Positions 38,725-50,500 of a stretch of 64,000 bases of DNA are shown piece by piece; the stretch's first letter is position 1, and each line of letters begins with the position of its first letter. A program made the translations under genes and the position numbers. Source of the stretch: Antedon mediterranea (taxonomy: Eukaryota > Animalia > Echinodermata). A model generated the notes under the pieces. It worked only from the letters and a program-made list of their open reading frames with translations. It was not told the DNA's origin and searched no databases. The DNA is taken from assembly GCF_964355755.1 (NCBI RefSeq), contig NC_092677.1:12608101-12672100 (forward strand), given 5' to 3'.

Positions 38725-40062
38725 TTGTTCATATTGTAAAGTTGCCACAATGGGCCACAACATGAACATTTCTCTTGCCTAAGTTTAAGCTCTCCAAATG
38801 AGAACCATGTTGTTTTTATTATGTCTTTGATCTAATGTTTTTTATCAAACTATTAAACCCTGCCAAGAAGGGGGAGCGGTTGGTTTGAATACCAAATGTA
38901 TTTTTCCTGTGGGTTAAAACAAATCTATGGTATGATACTCCACCTGTAAGAGAGTTGTCATATGTGTATTTATATATTGTCATATTAGTTGTTTAAAAAG
39001 GCAAGTAGAATCATAATTATAATTTTTATCTCCCTTACAAATGACATCAATTCAAAGCTACAGATTTATTTCAACAGACCCTTATTATTAAAGTTATGAA
39101 AATTCAAGTAATAATTATTATATTGCAAAATGTGAATTTCAATCACTTGATAATATCTGAAATAATAATGGGTCATATTTAATTACAATGCTTTTAATAT
39201 CAGAATATTATGAAATATTAATATGAAAAGTGCATTTGATGGCGATTTATAATTCAACATTTACTTTGATATGGAAATGTCTAATTTAATCAAGTAGATA
39301 GAAATAAAATATAAATAATTATTATTGATTTTGAATATATTAATTGAATGGTTTTTGCAGGAGCAGTCAGTAGTGCCACAGGAGGTACTATTGTCAACTT
39401 AACCGGATACCTTTGGGCTACCTTAATATGTCTGGTTTTCTGGTAAGTATGATATTTGCTGAATATGCATTTAATGGTAATAAAAGATGTTGGGACTTCT
39501 TGGACATCCAGAAAAGTCTTGTTTTGGGAGAATTTTTCATTTTTAGATTAACTGTATATTAACCCAAATTTTTGGATGGATGATAAATGTGTTTGATTGA
39601 AGTTTCCTAATTTTTTTACCAAGCTTTAACTTTAGGTTGAACTTTCTTAATTTCTTTAAATTATAGCATTGAAATAAGTTCTTAAATGATGAAAAATTAT
39701 TAGAAAATATTTTCATTAATACAGTAATTAAAATGACTAAGAGTTGCTACCCAATGAAGCATACGATGGAAGCTGTAGCGGTCCAATGGTAGAGTAACAG
39801 TAACTTTAATTAGACTGTACCATATTTGTTTTTCAAATATTAAATTATTAATTCATTATGGTATTAAAAACACGTCTACGGTTTTATTACCGTAATTAAG
39901 TAAGATTAGACGTGTACGAATTAGCAATTAATTGAGCCAGAAACTATAATTTTATCATTTTTTGTAATTATTTTTTCATTAACAACTAATTCTATCATTA
40001 TCCACAATATTTTCTAGAATTTACAAAAACAAATAATGAAAAGTTATTAAAGTTAAAACTAA

Positions 40063-40194
40063 AGCTGCTCTGTCTACACTATCAAACTTTATGTGACAAA
40101 AAATGTAACATGGACGCGATGATATCATATCACTACCATATTTGGGCACAACACACCTTTTTTGTCAAAGTAGTTTGATAGTGCAGACAGAACT
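40063..40194 (+). mobile_element. Harbinger-like MITE (AGCTCTGTCTACACTA family), both TIRs present
   Basis: GCTCTGTCTACACTATCAAACT ... AGTTTGATAGTGCAGACAGAACT; flanks TAA / TTA. Confidence 0.85.
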
Positions 40195-41574
40195 TTAGAC
40201 TTGAGTTGAGTTTACCATTAAAACATGTTCTGAATACCGTAATTTCTGGATAATCAGACATATTACTAGACCAGCAGGAGGATGTCTCATTTTGGGATAG
40301 TTTGTAGATCTAAAGCTAGTGACATCATACTGTCATTCAAAATCATAGTATATAGAAAACAATAAGTACAGCATCATCAGAAAAATCATCATATGGTAAA
40401 TACCCACGATATTGGAAACAGTTAACAGATATCTAATATTTCTATTATAAGATAATTAAAAATATTAACATTTTAATGAATTCATTTGGAGGAATTAAAA
40501 AATAATCAATAGTATAATTTAACTATTTCTATTAGGATTAATTGAAAAGATAAACTTATGGACAATAGAAACTTAAATTATTATGAATATATAACATATA
40601 AAAATACCTCATATTTATTCATAACTACATGTTATTTCTCACAAATAAAATATAATTTCAAGATAATAATATTTATATACAGTAGGAACAATAGTTCTAT
40701 GGTAAGAGATACTACAATAACATAGGCCTAATCAATGTTGGAAAATTGTATTTCCTTTTTAGAACATATGGTATATATATAACAAACCTGACTTTAAGTT
40801 TGTTACCATAAAAAAAACCATTTATATAAAAATAAAAATATGGATATTACTCATTCAGAATGCATCTACAGTACACCCTAAACCCCTTCCCTTCTCCCAT
40901 AGTTTTTTGTTGTTATTGAAAAATTAAAATTTCAAATAGAGTTAAAATATCAAAATTAATATAATCTTCATTACCCATAAAAGGTTAAAAATATAATTCA
41001 ATTTTTATAAAAATATTGTGAGATGTATATTTAAACATCATTTTTATAGTTGGGTTTATATAACCTACAAATAATATTCATTTTCTTGCTATCTTAATAT
41101 TTTAAGAAATTATGTATTTTTTTAATATTGTTACAAACTGGTTTATTAACCCTAATGATACTATACAGAAGGAGTTAAGTTTCGTTATCGGAATTTTAAC
41201 CTAGAGAAAAAAAACATGCTATACATGTGGTTAATTAAAAGATGTTTGTTTTCATAACAACAACTAACTTGAACAAACAAGGATGATCTGAGCGAAGATG
41301 CTTTATTATTTTTGCTAATAATCAAGCAATTTCTTTTAATATGTGTAATACGATCATTGTAGCGCAAATTATCTATTTTGGATTCAAAATTGTGGACAAA
41401 TTGAAAAATTGAAATGGAAATGATGTTGAAAAATGTGATATCAACCAAGTTTTTATTTCTGCTAAGTCAATGTAAAAAGTAATGTAAGATGCTACAAAGA
41501 AAATCCAATTAAAAGAAACAGTAGTTGTAAAGATGATGAAAGAAAATAATGAAGGTAAAAATGGAATAGAGAAT

Positions 41575-43200
41575 AATAAGAAGGCAATACAAAGAAAAAG
41601 GCAAGGCAGAAGGAGAGTAAGAAGGCAAGGCAGAAGGAGAGTAAGAAGAAGGAAGCAAAAGCAGAAGGAGAGTAAGAAGGCAAGGCAGAAGAAGAGTAAG
41701 AAGAAGGCAAGGCAGAAGAAGAATAAGAAGAAGGCAAGGCAGAAGAAGAATAAGAAGAATGCAATGCAGAAGGAGAATAAGAAGAAGAAGAAGGCAAGGC
41801 AGAAGAAGAGTAAGAAGAAGGAAGCAAAAGCAGAAGGAGAGTAAGAAGGCAAGACAGAAGAAGAGTAAGAAGAAGGCAAGGCAGAAGAAGAATAAGAAGA
41901 AGGCAAGGCAGAAGAAGAATAAGAAGAATGCAATGCAGAAGGAGAATAAGAAGAAGAAGAAGGCAAGGCAGAAGGAGAATAAGAAGAAAAGGGCAAGGCA
42001 GAAGAAGAGTAAAAAGAAGGAAGCAAAAGCAGAAGGAGTAAGAAGAAGGCAAGACAGAAGGAGAGTAAGAAGAAGGAAGCAAAAACAGAAGAAGAGTAAG
42101 AAGGCAAGGCAGAAGAAGAGTAAGAAGAAGGAAGCAGGCAGAAGGAGAGTAAGAGGGCAAGGCAGAAGGAGAGTAAAGCCTGGTTTCCATAAAATCACTA
42201 CACGACATTGGTAGCGATTCTATGGAAACGCTAGAATTTATCGGGGATCCAGTACGCGAGCGCTAAATATTCTTTGGTACGCATATACGATTCATCGCCG
42301 TCACAATCGGCAAAGTCGAACATGGTTGAACTTTGCCGATTTGACTGCGATGAATCGGGGAGCCTTCCCGATTGCGTCAGCGACATCTGCGCATGTAGCG
42401 ATTTTAATGGAAACGCTGTAGCGATTTTAATGGAAACCAGGCTTAAGAAGAAGGAAGCAAGGCAGAAGGAGAGTAAGAAGGCAAGGCAAAAGCAGAGTAA
42501 GAAGAAGGAAGCAAGGCAGAAGGAGAGTAAGAAGAAGGAAGCAAGGCAGAAGGAGAGTGAGAAGAAGGCAAGGCAGAAGGAGAGTAAGAAGAGGAAGCAA
42601 GGCAGAAGGAGAATAAGAAGAAGGCATGGCAGAATGAGAGTAAGAAGAAGGCAAGGCAGAAAGAGAATAAGAAGAAGGCAAGGCAGAAGGAGAGTAAGAA
42701 GAAGGCAAGGCAGAAGTAGAGTAAGAAGAGGGCAAGGCAGAAGGAGAGTACGAAGAAGGCAATTCAGAAGGAGAGTAAGAAGAAGAAGGAAAGGCAGAAG
42801 GAGAATAAGAGAGCAAGGCAGAAGGAGAATAAGAGAGCAAGGCAAAAGGAGAATAAGAAGAAGGAAAGGGAAAAGAAGAATAAGAAGGCAAGGCAGAATG
42901 AGAGTAAGAAGAAGAAGGAAGCAAGGCAGAGGGAGAGTAAGAAGAAGAAGGCAAGGCAGAAAGAGAATAAGAAGGCAAGGCAGGACAATAAGAAGAAACA
43001 AATGGAAAATGCAGGACAATAAGAAAGGGAAAAGAAAAAGAAAGAGGACTGGGAATAAATGAGAAGGGGAAGTAAAAAGAATAAGAGAAAGGCAAGGAGG
43101 AAACCTAAAAGGAAGGAAATAAGAAGAATAAAGGAAAAATAGAAATGAGAATTCAAAAGGAGGAAAGACAAAGAGAATGAAAAAAGGAAAGAAGTAGACT
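41575..43200. repeat. Purine-rich minisatellite (unit ~24-33 bp, AAGGCAAGGCAGAAGGAGAGTAAGAAG), interrupted by a MITE
   Basis: Dozens of variant units that decay into low-complexity GA-rich sequence at both ends; source of the overlapping spurious ORFs. Confidence 0.95.
42177..42443. mobile_element. PIF/Harbinger-type MITE (267 bp) inserted in the minisatellite
   Basis: TIR AGCCTGGTTTCCAT / ATGGAAACCAGGCT; TAA at 42174-42176 and 42444-42446; internal GTAGCGATT..ATGGAAAC repeats. Confidence 0.92.
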
Positions 43201-44646
43201 GATGGATCTCAAACACAAGCTGCATTCGACCTATTAGAAAACTGTAGTTAGTTTTGCTTCTAAAGATCTTTCTATAACTGTGTAACTATTAGCTTACTTT
43301 GCTCTTTTAAAATCTTTTTTGATCAAATTATTTTTAATAACTTTGTTCATTTTCACTAGACGGCACTTTAAGAAGAAACACAATTAGAATCACAAGATAG
43401 GGATGTAATGATTTCAACAGCCTGGAGGAGGAAATTACCTACATTCAAAATAACTAAACTTAGATACTAAGATGTTACAGCAAATGAGGATATTATTGAA
43501 CAAGTTGATAGAGACTTCTTGTTGGATTAATTCTAATCAAACGTATTAAATGCCGCTGGTGTCGCATCGGCAAATAAGGATAAAAAGCTAACTTCTACTG
43601 TCTAATACAATATGTAAATTGAGGACAAAATTGCATAATTTGGAAATCCATTGCAATAGATATTTTTTCCGCTTGTCTTACCTGTTCTTGTTTTGTTTAA
43701 TCCAGCGAGTTTTTTTGATCTAAAAGTAACATAATGTAATTAATCGAGACAGGAAAAAGATTTACAACAGATTTTTGCATAAGACTGCAGGGGTAGAGAA
43801 TTATACTGCTTAAAATTAAACATTTCGAAGCATCCGTATTAAGCTGTAAATTATTTCCATTTTATAGGGAAAAAATTATAGTTAAGAAGAATTTATATCT
43901 GCAGGACTTAAATTACAAAATATCCATAAAATTCAAGTTAATAAAAAATATATACTTTAATTATATATCATATAGTTTATCATCTATAAGACATACGTAC
44001 ATTTGAAAGTCATATATTGTAATTAGAAATTTAACTACAACATATTTTGTTCAACAAATCCTACAAAATGTATGTTTGGTTCAATTGTCAACCAGGCAAA
44101 ATGTAATCACTCAGCTACCTAGGTAGTATAAAACACATGACCAGAATAAACAAAATTTTAAATTGGTATAGAGGAACTAAGATAAAAGATAATGTATAAA
44201 CTGCCATTTTAAACCAATGCCAATAAATATAATATATATATATAATATAAATTTAAATATGCACACATATTTTAACAGAGCATTATAGTATGACAATGAT
44301 ATAACCAACCAATTAACTAGGAGGCAATGAGTTTGTAGATTATTTCATTTCTCATTAAGGACAAGGCCTTTAGGGTGTGGGGTAATCACCATCAATGGGT
44401 TAATAATTATGACATTAATGTTATGATTTTGATGTGGCTTTATGATTTACTTGTATTAAGGTTTATGATTAAAAGTAAATCAACTTGATCAATCAATACT
44501 TCATATCAATAAATCAATCACAATGACAACAAGTTGAAAAATTTAGGTAAATCAATTGAGGGGGCCAACTTATCTAAATATTTTCAAGTAAAGTAACTTA
44601 AATAAACTTTGATTTTAAATAACTAGTAGAATATTACTTTTAAATA

Positions 44647-44785
44647 TACAGTCTAACCCCACTTTAGACACCCTCATTCAGGGGACACCCCTATCAAGGG
44701 GACACTATTCCATGAAACAATTAAGGAGAAATATGTTTTACTACTTTGTTTGGTCCTGAAGGCCTTAATCAGGGTTCTAATTTAT
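44647..44785. mobile_element. Degraded Tc1/mariner(pogo)-type MITE; related remnants at ~10200 and ~48195-48231
   Basis: Starts TA|CAGT, contains GGGGACACC repeats; the 48200 remnant ends GGGTGTTCTACTG|TA. Confidence 0.55.
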
Positions 44786-45469
44786 ATGTTTTTTATTGTT
44801 TTTTCAATTGATTGCTAATGTTTGGAAAATCTTTTATTTTTCAGAAGAAATCAGATAATACAGGTTCTAGCAGAAAAACCAGGAGAGAACTCCCAATAAA
44901 ACTCCTTTATTGTGGGAAATCCAGAAGCCCTGTTTCAGTTTCTTACAAGAACAACATAGGGCAGGTATCAAGTATTAAGCCTGCTTTAATCTTACATACA
45001 ACTAGTTGAATCATTAACAACATCAACAATTAAAAGCAATCAATGTCGAATTACCACCAGGGCAGTGTCTCATAGTCTCCAGGGTAGTCAAAGTGGATGT
45101 CCACAGCAGATTTCCCATTGGCTGATCTGGATTCTTGTCCAGACAAAAATGTAATTAGTTCATAAGGAAATAGAAAAGGAAATCAGATGATAAGTTATCT
45201 AAAAGTTGTATAATGTTCTGCCACGTGAACTTAGACAGCTATAATTAACAGTCTGCTATGATAGTCTAAAAAATATGATAAGTGAAACATAGAAACCAGC
45301 AAGATTTCTACTCTAGGGCCTGTTTCTATAATAATACAAACAAATTTATACACACAAATAAACACAAATAAGAATATGTCAGCATTGCAAGTATAATATA
45401 AATAATCGGTTATTCGGAAATGACATTTTATGTTATTTAGGTGTTTGCAACAAGTACGGCTACATAAAT

Positions 45470-46010
45470 CACTGTTGTCTGCCCCAGACATAACAGCAGT
45501 CTGACCCACACATCACAGCCGTCTGCTTCACACATCACAGTTGTCTGACCTACACATCACAGTCGTCTGACCTACACATCACAGTCGTCTGACCTACACA
45601 TCACAGTTGTCTGATCTACACAACATCAAGTTCACACACATTTCCATAATATATGCCTCACAATCACTGTCGTCTGCTCCACACATCAGTCGTCTGCCCT
45701 ACACATCACAGTTGTTTGACCTACACATCACAATTGTCTGACCTACACATCAGTCGTCTGACCTACACATCACAGTCGTCTGACCTACACATCACAGTCG
45801 TCTGACCTACACATCACAGTCGTCTGACCTACACATCACAGCTGCCTGACCTACACATCACAGCTTTCTGACCCACACATCACAGCCATCTTACCCACAC
45901 ATCACCATGTTCACACACTTTCCTAATATATGCCTCATAATCACATCATCAGCTACACACATCCCTGTCGTCTGCTCCACACATCACAGTCGTCTGATTT
46001 ACACATCTTA
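45470..46010. repeat. 22-bp minisatellite (ACAGTCGTCTGACCTACACATC) with higher-order duplication
   Basis: About 18 units; a non-unit spacer (GTTCACACAC..TAATATATGCCTCA) occurs twice, at ~45630 and ~45910. Confidence 0.93.
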
Positions 46011-46726
46011 TAGAAAATAACATTTCTAAGACAAGTATGACTACTGTACTATAGAAACTACACACACATAACAGTCAAGTATAATCACATGCTGACACTT
46101 TAATGCTTTTAAGTTAATCAGACTGGGCAAAGTGCATCGGAAAGTTAAAAAGAACCATGACAAATATAGAACTATCTTCTCAACTCAAATATCTCTCCCC
46201 TTGAGCATTTCACTACAGTCAAATATAAAGTGCACATTTATTAATGTACAAACTTCTTCTTCTAATGACTAAATTTCTTTAAAAAACATTCGCTAATTGT
46301 TCGTTTACCAAACAATTCATACAGGGAAAAAATAAGAGGAAGTTTTTGAAACGATTAACAATATCAAATTAGGTAATGTAGACCAATGATGATGGTTCAA
46401 TATTTTAGAGGAGGTGTTTTCGTAAACCGTATACACCTACGCTAATATTTGGATAGAAGAATCACTAATACTAGCAAACTGGTAATTAGAATTCTCTACA
46501 AACGACTTGAAAGTGATATGTTGAACTTCAGTGGTGTTACCAAAGGCCAATCTATTACGTAAATATATTCAAGTTTGTAAGATTCAGTAGATAATTTATA
46601 GTCCAAACAAAATAAATTACCAAGAATAAATGTAATAGAGTGATATAATATAACATTAGCATTAGCCGAGTAGCTCAGTATATAAAGATGTAAACCAAAA
46701 TCTTAAATTATTAAAGTAAATGAAAT

Positions 46727-47240
46727 CTATTTCGTCGTGAGGTGGTTTCCAGATTAATCGTACGATCAAAACGGTACAAGATCGCCTAAACATTTTTAAG
46801 TTTTTAACTTTACAATACTTAGTGTTGCATATTCTGGTACAGCCGCTCCATAATCTCTTTGCTTTTCTTCCTTATATCTTTACTCTTATTAAAAGTTTTA
46901 CTAACGAATTTTATTTATATTTTTGCTTTATGTACACGTTAACTTACAATCAAATAACAGTTTTCTCATCGCAACTTGTACAATGTAATTTAGAAAACTA
47001 CAACCTTTTTTCAATAAACATAGGCCTACACATCATACAACGTACATTTCTAGCCTAACAATCTATTATTTAAAAGTCGAAGATAGCCAGGTCTCGGGTT
47101 CATTCTATTGTTGCCACAGATTGATATCTTCATCAGTACTTCTATGAATGGATGATTAGGTGGGAACACGAACGCTAGTTGATCATACCCAGTACCGTTT
47201 GATCATACGATTAAACGGGAAACTACCTCACGGTCTATAG
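46727..47240. mobile_element. Unclassified non-autonomous DNA element with ~50-bp imperfect TIRs
   Basis: Left CGTGAGGTGGTTTCCAGATTAATCGTACGATCAAAACGGTAC vs right GTACCGTTTGATCATACGATTAAACGGGAAACTACCTCACG; TSD not clear. Confidence 0.7.
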
Positions 47241-47346
47241 TTATTAAATAAATGTACTGCGACTATAGTCCAAGTAAATATATTGTCTTGATAAAAAAGG
47301 TATAATCACACCTCTTCTTGTCTATAAAAAAAAACCAATTTTCTTA

Positions 47347-47518
47347 AAATCAGTCTACACTATCATTGTATCAAACTAGTTTGACGACAAAAAAAGTGTG
47401 ATGTGCCCAAATAAGGTAGTAATATGCCCAACTATGGTAGTGATATGACATCATCATGTCCATATATGGGCACATAAAATGTTGTTGTCACATAAACTTT
47501 GATAGTGTAGACAGAACT
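47347..47518 (-). mobile_element. Harbinger-like MITE (AGCTCTGTCTACACTA family), inverted
   Basis: Reverse-complement core repeats CCCAAATAAGGTAGT; TTA on both flanks. Confidence 0.85.
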
Positions 47519-50500
47519 TTAAAATAAGTGCTAAAGGGACAAACAATTAAGATTAAAAAGAAAATGTAAATTGAAAGCAAACAAACAACATTCTTATTAT
47601 GCTAATAATACAGGAAAATGGGGGGGGGGGGGGTTCAGGTTATGGCAGGGGATAGAATTAGTAGTCAAAGTCAAACAGGATTGTTTTAATTGTTATATAT
47701 TCAACATTAGTCATACAACACAAAATAAGGTCATTGCATAAAACACTAACGAAGCAGGTATGATGTTAATTAATACCTTGATTGGTCTGACCTACCTTTC
47801 ACTAACGACTCGCAAAACAATTATGCTAATTAGAAAATGTCTATGACAGACTTATTAATTTATAATTCATGAATTATCACATTACAGAAAGAATATTTTG
47901 AAAATTTTAATGAGTGTATATTTTTAGTATTATATATGTCACATTAGGAAAATATGTATTTTGAAGTCTTACAAATGTACTCAATGTCTCTCATCTGTAA
48001 AACAAAATATGAACTAATAATATTGTAATTATAGATAATATTTGTTTTAATCTAATTTGCTGAATGAGCTGCAAAAAGACAACATATATTCTAAACATTT
48101 TTTTAAATGGTATTGGTAAAGGTATATTAAGAGATTGGTCGTAATATTAAAACATTGCCCCTCATTCTTGTTTTCAGAAATGTGTTTCTAATTAATAGGG
48201 GGTGTTCCCTAAATCAGGGTGTTCTACTGTATGCTTAGTTAAAATGTATGTAAACAATCAAAAGATTGTTTAAAAGTACAAAAACAAGCAAGTAATAAGG
48301 TTTATATCAACACTTTTTTCTTACGGACTAAATCAACAAAAACAGTTAGAAAACTGTATGCCTAATGTGCATATATCCAGGTCAATACATGACCTATATT
48401 TATCCTTGTATTACTAGTTCAGTCTGATAGCACCCATCTTTATGGCATTAATTTAAAACACATTGTAGAAGGAAATCAATATTATCTCAATATTCAATCA
48501 GATATATGTGATATTTCTCGATAAATTATCATCGTATTTGTGACTACTTCTTCCTGCGTTATAACTTTACCAACTTCAAAATAATCTCATGGATTTTACA
48601 AAATCTTTCGGAGAAATACTCTTTATATCTGTGGCTAAAAGTTAAATGTTCATTTATAGTTTATAAGCAAGATATAGTAAGTAGTGAAGTAATTTGAAAC
48701 AGGCCTATATTGCCGTAGTAGTTATTTTTCTTTGATACTGTTTTGAACTTGGAGGATACATGTGTAATTAGGAGTGTAATTAATATTAATGAGTTATGAA
48801 GGCTATTTGTATGTTTTATATTATATCATAATTTCAGATTCTCAAAATCTTTGTTTATCAAGTTGTTTCTATGCCTTAACATCAAAGCCTCTAAACCATT
48901 AGAAGTATTAAAATGAAGGATTAAAACAAACTTTTCTTTAAAAATACAGAACCTGTAAAGAAACCGGTTATCGGTAAAACTGTATTAACCTCTAGAAATT
49001 CCTGTTGATGAGCTATGTTTTCTTATTATCTTCTTGGAGACTAATAATACAATTTTCACAAAAATCCATTTGTGAATATGCACAATATATTATACTATAG
49101 GCCTACTTTTTATTGACTAAATACCATCTCAATGAAAGAGCAGGTGCTACAGAGTTTTTATCCTAATAACTTATGAACAATTTACATACAAAGCAAATTA
49201 CTTGAACACATACCTCACCTCATCAAGTACCATAAAATAATCTATACATCTACTACTGCTTTTGCAGTAAGCTAATCCTATAGCCCAATTGGCTTAAAGT
49301 TGTGACATGTGATATACAGGTCAACAGCTGATTGGCTAATTCTAACTGATGATAATTCCTTGCTGAATCTACTAGCTGTAACCTGAGAAATAAAATACAA
49401 CATATACGGTTCCTACTTAAAGCATCTATATGGCTTCATTTGTATTTTGAAATTATGTTTCTTAATATCTAGAATTATCTAAAATTATTGTTTGTTTTAA
49501 AATACCCAGGGAATAAAAACTAAATCAAAAAAATATAAATATAAAGTACTACAGTTTAAATATGCTAACTGTATACAATTGTTTTCAATGTATAATTCAT
49601 TTCATTACTACTATATTAGTGACATGAATTTCTAAAAATATGAAAAATGCACATTATTTAAAACACTTTTTCTACCATAGTATGAGTAGATTAATTAAAT
49701 TGTAAAATATATTTAATAAGTAGGCCCCTATAAGATAAACAAACATCTTGGTTTCCGGTATATAAGTTTACTACATAACAAAGCCTTTTTTACATGTTGT
49801 TATTAAAGGGAGGTGACAAGACTTTATTTAATATCTTTACAATGAAATTTGTTTACTAATTAATACTAAATTAATTAAATCAATTTGGACTAAAATGACA
49901 TACATTTATATAAAAATTCATGTGTTTTAGAAGAATTTGTTTTTAAAGGAACAAGACAAGTTTATTTCTAGGTTGGTCCTCATGTTATGCTTTGTATTAT
50001 TTATATGGCATTTGATGAAATAACTGTTTGTTGTAGTGAATGTCATTGAATTGAAATTAATCACAAAACAAGTTTGTAAAATGAAGAGGTATGTTAAACA
50101 TGAATGATAGTTATTGCACCTTTGATGAAAGAAGGAAACATTAAAGTTGGTATCCTATTGGCCGGCCATACATTCAAGTCACTTAACAAAAATATTGTAT
50201 GCCTTGAGCGCATCATTTGACCGATTCGTGGCAAGAGGCATCCTCATCATCATTCTCACCCCTTCACTTTTCATTATCTCATCTCTAAATTATAAAGCAA
50301 TAAACGTACTTATTTCTACCGTTCATTTCCTGTTAATCCTAAACCACGGCTTAAAATTTCTTAATTGATCGTGGAGAATGATGACGTGGTCAAGTACAAG
50401 AACTCTGCATGACTTACGCGAAGAACATTAATTTCTACATCTTGAATTACGAATGCCGAAGAACTAAAAGAATATTATTTCCTTTAATTTTGAATCTGCG

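Noticed and set aside
8878-39800. tRNA genes at ~8880, 22515, 33380, 34165, 37000, 37690, 39775
   Set aside because: Only degenerate A/B boxes with no complete cloverleaf; treated as SINE or repeat remnants.
41373-43225. Nine overlapping long ORFs (up to 262 aa), including Arg/Lys-rich protamine-like frames
   Set aside because: They arise from a minisatellite and read through a MITE; open on both strands with no domain or splice support.
45050-45150. Coding-looking minus-strand stretch (SRSANGKSAVDIHFDYPGDYETLPWW)
   Set aside because: Weak acceptor, short, and no recognisable homology.
45470-46010. CRISPR-like appearance of short repeats
   Set aside because: Units are directly tandem without unique spacers, there are no cas genes, and the context is eukaryotic.
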